Source: Octopus bimaculoides (Eukaryota). From it: a DNA stretch of 63,291 nucleotides. Positions 40,201 to 49,443 of this stretch are shown here, piece by piece. Each line of letters opens with the position of its first letter. Positions within the stretch are counted from its first letter, which is position 1. The stretch covers positions 35,650,149-35,713,439 of the forward strand of contig NC_068987.1 in NCBI RefSeq assembly GCF_001194135.2. Reading direction: 5' to 3'. The notes beneath the pieces are model-generated. The model was not told the origin of the DNA, did not search any database, and was given only the letters and a program-made list of their open reading frames with translations. Made by a program: the position numbers and the translations under genes.

Positions 40201-40420
40201 CAGGGGTCGATGTCGAACTAATGTAAACGAATGTAAATGGATCCGTACTAACGCTATTTAATTTGATTTAATGACTAGTAACAGTTCTGATAACTTCTTA
40301 GATTTAATACAATGGGACTGATATCGATTAATATAAAGTAAGATGGTTTAGATTAGAATAGTTTAGTTAAATCCCATTCGATTGATTAGTTCCGTTCTCA
40401 GTTGCAGTTGTCTAGTTAGT
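40201..40420 (+). repeat. Unidentified dispersed repeat, copy 2
   Basis: See 33102-33320. Confidence 0.7.
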
Positions 40421-40993
40421 TCCTCGTTCAAAATATTGTCCGTTTATAATTCTAATATGATTTATGGAATGTAAAACCAATCTCGCGATGGCAATTAACC
40501 TGCGTGTGTGTGTGTATGTGTGTGAATGTCTGCATGCATACGTATAGTTATAATGATTAACATCTATGTTGGTATAAGTTAAATTAATAAATTTATAATG
40601 ACGTGAGCAATCGTATTAATTACTTTCTTGAGCCTTAAATTTTAATTTTTCTTTGAAATCTAATTCCTTTACTTGCAATAAATATGTGGTTTATTTGAAA
40701 TTACCATAGTTTTATTCTCTATCATAGACGCATAAGGTTTTAGCGCTTGATCTAATACATACCTTCTAAAATACACATATTATATATCAAATGAAACATT
40801 TTTTTTTATAAATAATCAAATTGACGGTTCTAAATTAAATACAAATATGACTTTGTTTACCATTACAACTTGATTTTCTTCATATAATGACTTTACATCT
40901 TCCAAGTTTACCATGTTACATTTCGATTTTCATCTCTCTCTCTTGCATGAATTTCAACATTAATAGAAATATAGCATTGGAATTTCTAACTTA

Positions 40994-41805
40994 CGAGGGG
41001 CGTTCATTAAATATTTCCCCTGACCAACTTCCGATTATTGCAGGAATCGGAACTTTTACACATATATTCATACATATCTCTACATGTCATATTCTAAATT
41101 ACATGTTTCCATTAATATTCGATCTTTTTGAGAAGCAGGGACAAATAAATTGCTCCTATGCTCTTTTGAAAATGATCCAAGAAAAAGAGTAGGATTTTTC
41201 GGCAGACTTATCACACAGGTTAAAATATTAGGCCATCACTACGCTCTTGTGACTGAAGTCCACTCGAAGTAATGGACGCCTGATAGCTCAGCACCCACAA
41301 CGAAGGCTTGTGAACAACCCTCAGCTGGTATAGTGATGCTCACAGTTATCTGAGGCCAGCTCGGGGTAGTAATGATATATTTTCTGGCAAAGGGCAGCAG
41401 ATTTAACGGGGCATATTATACTACTCTGCTACAGAAACTGCGGGATGCCCTCAAAACAACGCCTCGGTTCACAATGCTCATGATGCCCAGATGAAAGCAC
41501 ATTCCGTCGACTATGAAATCCTTCCTCATCCCCCTTACTCTCCCTACGTTTTTCCAACCATGTAGTTATTTTTGAAGGAAAAGTACGTTTCGGGTAATGA
41601 TGAACTTATTTCTGGAGTAAAGTGTTGGCCCCGGATGTAACCTACCGACTTCCATAGACGAGGTCCTCACAGCTGAATAAAACGATGGGATACGTGTGTC
41701 GCCATTCCAAGTGGCTATGTGCAGAAGGACGAATAATTATGCAACGTTTTGTTTATCCCAGTCCTTGGGAAGTGTGTCAGGGGAATTCTTTAATGAACAT
41801 CCCTC
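40994..41805 (+). mobile_element. Internally deleted mariner element with TIRs and TA TSD
   Basis: TIRs cgaggggcgttcattaaatatttcccctgac and gtcaggggaattctttaatgaacatccctc, with TA on both sides. Internal HHY..SAGIVMLTV..NGAYY..LLQKLRDA and YEILPHPPYSP. Confidence 0.92.
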
Positions 41806-42356
41806 TAAAGATTTTATGCGTGTGTATTCAATTCCTTGCACGCATGCGTCTTTACATTTGCCAGGACATGCGCAGTTTTGATATGCGTTTGTGAGTGCGT
41901 AAGTGTGCGTGTTTGTTTGTCTGTGTGCGTTTGTGCGCAAGTTTGTGTGTGTGCAATTTATGCCTAGATGAATCCATGGTGATCATTAGATCTAGAGAAA
42001 GCATAATTGATATATATTCCGAAGTAATATCATGTAAATATAAAAACCAGACATCATTCCTAGAATTCGAAAAGAGCAGAAACACACTAGCCGTCTTTAG
42101 CATATAATGGAACAATAGAAGAGCATATAAGCAACTGAACAAAATAGCCATTATTTTCGTGTAGTATATGCTATACCATTATACCACCAAATTAATTAAA
42201 AGGACATTTTGAGAAAATAAAATTTGTCAGCCCAAACAATGAGAATTAACAATAGAATACAGTTCTATTTTTAAGAGATGAGGAATTATGTACATTATTT
42301 ATATTATTTACATTATTTACATTTGACAGACATTTGTCCTCATCTTGGTTGTTGTT

Positions 42357-42402
42357 AACGCAACGTTTCCGCTGATATAACCTGCAGCCACCATCAGGTG
42401 TC
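42357..42402 (-). ncRNA. Degenerate minimal type I hammerhead ribozyme in SINE tail
   Basis: gacac CUGAUGG u GGCUG-caggUUauau-CAGCG GAAA CG UU gcguu. Stem I is GACAC/GCGUU and stem III has palindromic ACGU. A9 is mutated to G and the closing stem II pair is broken. Confidence 0.6.
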
Positions 42403-42483
42403 TTGGAGAAATTTCGAACCTGGGTTCTTATTCCTAAGTTATTTTTCGATGTTGTTATTATTATTGTTATTATCATTATTATT

Positions 42484-42692
42484 GTTCAGTAGTTATATTT
42501 TTATAACGTGCTTTCACTTCACTACCGAGCGCAGCTCTGTGTGCCTTGGGTATGTGATGTGCTTTGCTGTGATACTCTTATGGTAACTGTATTGAAAGTG
42601 TTTTGCGTAGGATGTGTGCAGTGCCTAGTAGTGCAATTTTCTGTATGTTGTATATATTTGTAAGTCTTGGTGTTTTTGTTATGTATTATGTT
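42484..42692 (-). mobile_element. 5'-truncated RLE LINE 3' end nested in the SINE's (AAT)n
   Basis: TNIYNIQKIALLGTAHILRKTLSIQ plus 3' UTR, with (AAT)n on both sides. Confidence 0.88.
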
Positions 42693-42809
42693 ATGTATTT
42701 ATTATTATTATTATTATTATTATTCAGGTCACTGCCTGGAATCGAACACGGAATCATGGGGTTAGTAGCCGGCGCTCTTAACCACTACGCCTTATGCTCG
42801 TGCGCATAT

Positions 42810-42869
42810 GTGTTAACAAAAAACAGGATGAGAACAAATATCCGTCAAATGTAAACAATGTAAATAATG
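42810..42869 (+). repeat. Inverted copy of the SINE family C tail
   Basis: gtgttaacaaaaaacaggatgagaacaaatatccgtcaaatgtaaacaatgtaaataat aligns to the reverse complement of 42303-42361 with about 8 mismatches in 59 nt. Confidence 0.9.
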
Positions 42870-43299
42870 AACAACAGAATAGTTGTGCTGACTTACCCTA
42901 CGACATCTGAATTCATTAAGGAGTCGCCTACTGTGACTAAAATCACACTCATAAACTATACTAGCCATCCTGAAATCTACATACTCAAATATCAAAATAA
43001 GTATAACATCACCACACACACATCCCCCTCTTTTATAATTGCCGTTCATTCCTCTCTCTCCTCACTTTCTACTCCTACTCATTAAATACACATAGAACTA
43101 CCCACAAACCCCCAAAAACATTGTCATTCGTCAAAATTAATAAACATTCTTTACTTATGCATATGCTTCCTTCAAGATTAATGCCATAACGCCTGAGGAA
43201 AATAGCACATGTATATGATCCACCCATATCCATCGATACTACAGACTTGACTGTAATAATCCCAGGAATACGGATTATGATCTGTAGCCGGGGTAATAA

Positions 43300-43445
43300 C
43301 AGAGGAGCTTCTCTGTGTGCGTGTGTGTGTGTATGTGTGTGTGTGTGTGAGTGTGTATGCGTGTGTGTGTGTATGTCTGTCTGTCTGTATGTTTGTCTGT
43401 CTGTGTCTGTGTCTGTGTATGTGTCTGTGCGTGCGTACGTGCGCG
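43300..43445 (+). repeat. (GT)n/(GTCT)n microsatellite
   Basis: Direct reading of the sequence. Confidence 0.95.
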
Positions 43446-43607
43446 TGTATTCTGTTAACGTAGTACAGTATTGTATAAACTCGTCCATCTTCAGATTTCA
43501 CCCACCGTTACCCAGTAAAAGTACTACACGTACTTCCAGGCTTGCGTTTGGGCACCTGTATGTGTCAATAGATAATTGAAACACTTCGGAGCCAATAACA
43601 AAAAGTA

Positions 43608-43880
43608 CGGTTGGACATTTATTTTCAATCACTAAAATTGTTTCTACGCAACGTAGTTTCTATGCGTACAGATAATTTATTGTCCAACCGTTTCTCTACA
43701 TTATCAGATCTAGTTGTGTTTCCTCTGGCCATATGCAAATATTGTGTCCATAAGTTGAACTTCTCGGCTTCTGCCTGTCATAGTATGAACTTAGAAGTGG
43801 TCACTGAGTTTATCAATGTGTGTCGTAGTTGAAGTACCGTTGGCAAACAATTACAGTGATTGAAAATAAATATCCAACCG
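43608..43880. mobile_element. Tc1/mariner-type MITE (273 bp, ~45-bp TIRs, TA TSD)
   Basis: TA|cggttggacatttattttcaatcact ... agtgattgaaaataaatatccaaccg|TA. Confidence 0.88.
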
Positions 43881-44821
43881 TACTCTTTCTTGTTGACTCA
43901 ATTTTTTTCGATTATATATATANNNNNNNNNNNNNNNNNNNNNNNNNNNNNNNNNNNNNNNNNNNNNNNNNNNNNNNNNNNNNNNNNNNNNNNNNNNNNN
44001 NNNNNNNNNNNNNNNNNNNNNNNNNNNNNNNNNNNNNNNNNNNNNNATATATATATGTACATATACACTTTAATATATTAAAGCACTATCCTTTAGTTTA
44101 TCATTCAAACAGTTCACTGGCTATATCTTCATTATCATCCATTTTTTGCTCATGTTAGGTTGAATTACCACACGCTGCTTGTATTGATAACCTGTGATAA
44201 ATACTGTAATTAACCCTTGTCCGTGGACAAGAAATATGTCCGCCACTGAGATGAATGACTACTGTACAAGAAACCGATAATGTCATCACTCCTTTTTGTG
44301 TATCTATTAAATCAATAGATGTCATTTTATGCTGACTTAAGTATTCAATCCCATCTTTCCTAAATTCCTCAAATGTAGCATTCTATATATATATATTATT
44401 AATCCTGACCTGATTTGCCATTTCATTCTAAATTCTATGTGGAATATCATCCGTGCATTGCCCGAAGATGTGACGTTTTACGAAAATGGGAAATGATATA
44501 ATGTTACATGATGATGCATATTGCTATATGACAAGTTATATGACATAACTGTGTTCCACCTAAGAGTTGTTACAGGAACATATTTAGCATGACACAAAAC
44601 ATCCACGTATTTCATCCGTCTAATGCTTTATCTCACTCTCTTTCTCCCTCTCTCTCCCTATCTATCTCTGTATGTATACATACACAGACACATACTTGTA
44701 TATATATATACACACACGCACATACTAAAAACCAGGCATCATTCCTAGAATTCGAAAAGAACGTTTTGTAACAGAAAAACACGAACAGCACATAATGGAA
44801 CAATATTTATATTATATATAA

Positions 44822-44916
<95 letters not shown>

Positions 44917-44999
44917 TATATACACAAACATACATAATAGAAAATTTAGACAAATATGTATAATTCGATTAGTGTGTTTCAATGTTGAGTAGATCACCG

Positions 45000-45223
45000 G
45001 CACAGTTTAGGCTGCCTCTTGTCATCCGTAGTTGTAGTATACTTCTGTTGGATTTACTTCAGTGAATATGCAGTGGCAGTTAGGTTAGTGGTATTAATTG
45101 ATAGTAGGAAATGGATTTCGTATTACACATTTATTACGTACAGCATGTTTCGACCCGTTAGTCAGGGTCTCTTCAGATACATTCATAGAAGGGTCTCACT
45201 ACATATATATATATATATATATA

Positions 45224-45267
<44 letters not shown>

Positions 45268-46850
45268 NNNNNNNNNNNNNNNNNNNNNNNNNNNNNNNNN
45301 NNNNNNNNNNNNNNNNNNNNNNNNNNNNNNNNNNNNNNNNNNNNNNNNNNNNNNNNNNNNNNNNNNNNNNNNNNNNNNNNNNNNNNNNNNNNNNNNNNNN
45401 NNNNNNNNNNNNNNNNNNNNNTATATATATATATATGCATACACATACGTATACTCATATACACATATATTCATATATGGATACTTATATCTATATATAC
45501 ACTAGATTGTTAAGTTACATATCTAACCACATGTTATTCCGAAACTGTTCTTTTTATATCAGGTGGATTAATCCGAGTTGAGGGTGTTAGGTTTACATTG
45601 GTTAGGTATGGTCAAGATTGTAATTTGCGAATGTGTGTTTAGTGGCATGTAGGCATCAGGGTAATTGTCCCGTAAATCTATTTATAAAGTACACCTTTGT
45701 TAACAATATTGAGATTGACTCTTCGGAATATAATTGGCATTTCCGGGATAATGTGTTGCAGGGACTCGCATGTCTGATTATAGAGCAGGTCAGGTCATAT
45801 TGTGCCTTCGCTTCTTTGAGCCTCCAGATAAAATCAGCCAGGGTGGTTACATACCGTTTAATGATTTTTCGAAAGCTGGGAAAGTGGTTAGGATATTGAT
45901 CTTTGAAAATAACTGCCGGGGTGTATTACTGTTGATTGAATTGTTGGTGGTGTAATTCGTTGGATGGTTAGTGTCAATATTGAAGTTGTTTTCTCTCGGT
46001 TGGTTGGCAATTAAGTTCGATTTATCATCACTTCGATGAATTAATTGGTTGGTATGGGCGTTGTCTCTAAGTTGGTTATATGAGTCGCGGTTAATTTTTA
46101 AGGGCTTATTTTGAGTGCAGTCAGTTCGTTGTCTCAGTTAACGATTGTTAATCCATGCCTGTGGTGCTCTATATTTTATGAATTAGCCTAGGACTGTTTT
46201 ATAGTGTGACGGTTGAATAATTTGCTGTACACTCCATTTTTAGGGAACAACGATCAAGTGGGTCGAAAAACTGTTTCACGGTCGTGGATATGATATTCGA
46301 GCCCCAGATTGGGTTATACCAAAGGACATCATGGTTTTTATATTTTCGGTTAGGCTTATTTCTTCGAGTGTTTGAGGTGGCATAGGGATTTTGTAGAATT
46401 AAGTGTTTTATTTGTTGTCTGTTACTAGATTTCTCTAATTCATAGTTGGTTCTTATGTATCTAGGCTTAGTTAGCTTTTTCTTTCGGTTTGGGGTTCTAT
46501 TATGTAGGTTTGTAACTTTATATTTGTGGTTAGTATTGCGTTTGGTAAGGATGTCATAATGATTCATACTATGGCTCATTGAGTTATTACAGTTATTATT
46601 TCTATTGCTACTGTTAGGGGCGTACTGGATTTTTCCACGATACCCGGCCTTAGTTAGAGCTGTGTTATAATAATGTGCGTGTTTGTTGAATATATTCTCG
46701 CTCGCGGATAATCTAGATTTTCGAGCCGAGATGTTCTTAACTACTCACCTAATTATTGATGGTGGATAATTAGATCCAAAGTTTATGCATTTTAAGCTCT
46801 CATTAAGTTTATGAAACTGTTATGTAGACCAGTGTCCAAATCGAACGGAA
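45000..46850 (-). mobile_element. 5'-truncated Penelope-like element with 3' region, interrupted by a microsatellite and gap
   Basis: YYNTALTKAGYRGKI, VLWYNPIWGSNI..KQFFDPLDR and LADFIWRLKE..CSIIRHASPC..KCQL; related to the 11.56-13.73 kb element. Confidence 0.85.
45134..45182 (-). ncRNA. Minimal type I hammerhead ribozyme candidate in PLE 3' region
   Basis: AUGUAU CUGAAGA GACCC-ugacuaac-GGGUC GAAA CAUG C U GUACGU. The core is intact, stem II is a perfect 5 bp, stem I is 6 bp with two GU pairs, and the loop has palindromic CAUG. Position 16.1 is C instead of U. Confidence 0.7.
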
Positions 46851-47109
46851 CATCTAAATAGTTTACTCTGCGCTACTCGCTATATATATAGTGATAACGT
46901 GTCCGAAATTTTTGAAAAATTTAAATAAATATATTTATTGGTATTTTTCGGCAGTCGACACAAATATCACCAATAACAGAATCCGAAAGCAAAGAATTCC
47001 AATGCACTTGGTGAACTATCATTTCTACATTGGCACTACAGAACACTGAATCGTACTCATGTATCACTTAAACGAAATTGTCATTAAAAAAAAAACAGGG
47101 GAAAATGTT

Positions 47110-47715
47110 CTAATATATATATATGTAAAGTTGAAATTTACAGCAAAACAAATGACGAAGACAGGTGTATGAAAAGATGTATTCGTTTGATTCTCGAGAA
47201 AGTGGAAATGTCTTTTACGTTTCGCACCTAGGCTCTTCAAGATAATCGGATAAGCGACAATAAACAGAGAGAGAAAAAAAATAAACTTGTGGATTTAGCG
47301 ATCAAAGATGGTGACTGGTTAGACAAATAGGTTTCGCAGGAGAGGTTGTGCCTGTGTGTGTAAGTGAGAATGTGTAAGTGTGTGTGTTTGGATAAGTGCT
47401 AGTGACTTTGACGTGTGTAGATGTGTGTGTGTATGTATATGCCTCTGTAATGTGTCGGTGTGTGAATGATGGTGTGTGGGTGTGCAGATGACGGTGTGTG
47501 GTCTGGGTGCTAGGAAGTGGTCACTGCTACTTTGTGTGGAGTGGTATGTGGTGATGTGATGTAGTGTAGATGGGTTGTGCTAGTGTGGTGTAGGAGGTAG
47601 GGGTGGTGTTCACTATCAATAAAGAAAGGTGGGTAGGTGGGTATATATAGGCGCAGGAGTGGGTCGAGGTAGGTGACTTTGTTCGTTTGAGCTGGATAGG
47701 GTATTATTGATTGTC
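47110..47715 (-). mobile_element. Probable PLE 3' UTR/pLTR fragment with decayed hammerhead-like motif
   Basis: CA-rich tract followed by ttgaagagcctaggtgcgaaacgtaaaag (47213-47241) and a (TA)n tail; assignment relies on recalled octopus repeat ends. Confidence 0.55.
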
Positions 47716-49424
47716 TTTTATTTATTTTTTCTGTAAATTCAGCCCAGCTCCGGCGCAATTTCGCCTACTATTGGCGTTTTCGTTTTGTTGCTTGTGTTGC
47801 ACGCAAAAGTTGTTTTTTTTTTTTGGGTGGGGGGCGTATCCTCACCTGAAAAAAGAGAAAGTTGAACTTCAATTTTTTGTGAAAATTGTAAAAGTAATTG
47901 TTCACTGAAGTGAATAATTTCTTTGTCAATTAATTGTGAAAATTATATCCCCTACAAAAACAGGTGAACTTCTCATTTGTGGAAGCTTGTTGTGGTCGCG
48001 GTGTTTCGGCTCCATTTTGTTTTATGAAAAAGGCCTGGAGTACATTATGGCCTGGAGAATTTGTCTTTTCACTCTAAGTGAATAGTTGTGGAAGTGTGTT
48101 CCTGTGTGTTCCAGTTGTGGGGTTCTAGGTTCGAACAGTAGGCCCGGATTACCTAGTCGCTGAAATAATTGTTCGGTGTGCTTTTTTGAACTGTTGAACT
48201 GTTTATTTTTCTGACTATCTATTTTCTTGAATTGTTTCTTCTTCCTTTTTGTTGTGACTTCTTATTTTTCAGATTTTTTTTAGAACTGTTTTCTGTTCGT
48301 GTTTTTCTTTTCTGAACTTAAAAAAAAAACATGGCGAAGAAACAAGACGCTGTCTTGGAGTGGGACTTTGCCTCACCCAAGGAGTGGTTGAAAGACTTAG
48401 AAAAAAGAATGGTGGGGCTGGAGATCTATTCTAGGTCTCTCGGCATCATCTTTCAATTCAGCAAAAGGAAAATTAAAAAAGATCTGGCAGATTATCTTCC
48501 AACTATCAAACATATAGCTCGTGGGGGGGGGCATGCAAATTTGCAATGGTGTGGTTGCTGTTTGGCACTCCCAAGAAAGCTTGCAAATTTGTAAGCGAGT
48601 CCCTGGAGGGCGAGGAAATGTTGTTCCTCCCCACATATTGTGGGAGGATGTTGATATGAGCCTGGGTGTGTGGGCTGCCGCCTGGGATAAATCCCTGGTG
48701 GATAGAAGATACTGTTCGCAGAGGTCTGGGTTGCAGCAATTCCAGGCTCTTGAGTGTTAAAATGATCCATGTAACTGATTGGATCGGGACAAATGCTGTT
48801 TTGACCCTTTGAATCCAATCAGCTAAAGACCTTGTTTCTCCTGATTTTTTTTAAGATGGCCACCGATGAAGCAGACTGAGGCTTCCCCCTGTGAGTGGGA
48901 CAGTGATTTCATTGTCTTCTACCACAGGGGAGGGGTCGTGGAGTGCTACCTGGATGGCACACTTGACCGTGAACGCTTAGAGTCCGGGTTCCTGGAATAT
49001 CCAGAGTGGCCTCCACAGGTGTACGCGGAGGTTCTGAGCAACACACAGTTGTTCAAGATAATGGCCTCATTTAGAAAGGAAGATTTTCAATTCCTTGGGA
49101 TAGGCTCCCACTTGTCGCAGCAGGCTTGCCTGCGGGCAACAAAAAAGTTGCTCGGGGAGAAAGTCTAAGACGCTTAAGTGTCTATTCATTGATCATTAAA
49201 TTATGTTATTTTGATTGTTTGATTTGATTTGATTTGATTTGATTGTATGGAATTCGAATTGTAAAAGAAGAGTGGTTTCGAGGGGACTTTGGTCGGCGGT
49301 CGCCGTATACACCTCTCATTTATAACATACGCATTTTGTCATTTCTCATTTCATTAATGTAAATGTCCAGCCCGCATTGTTTTTATGCAAGGCCTTCATG
49401 GCCAATTTCCATGAAATAAAGAAG
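47716..49424 (+). mobile_element. L1/Tx1-derived element E1: 5' UTR, degenerate ORF1 (48331-49168) and 3' UTR, no ORF2
   Basis: MAKKQDAVLEWDFASPKEWLKDLEKRMVGLEIYSRSL..LADYLPTIKHIAR is homologous to E2. The 3' end is aaggccttcatggccaatttccatgaaataaagaag. No gap lies inside the element. Confidence 0.8.
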
Positions 49425-49443
49425 CTCACTTCCCGCTGCACGG

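Larger units (their letters stand above)
42262..42800 (-). mobile_element. SINE family C: tRNA-like head, (AAT)n and hammerhead-containing tail, interrupted by a LINE fragment
   Basis: Head ggcgtagtggttaagagcg...gtgttcgattccaggc (A and B boxes), then (AAT)n and a tail with CTGATGG..GAAAC. Confidence 0.85.

Noticed and set aside
44460-44500. Hammerhead-like CCGAAGA-t-GTGA-cgtt-TTAC-GAAAA
   Set aside because: Two core positions deviate and no stem I or III was found.
47650-47697. SINE family D 5' head as left flank of E1
   Set aside because: Only 13 nt match the recalled head, the rest aligns near chance, and the segment fits a minus-strand PLE 3' UTR equally well; kept only as a caveat.
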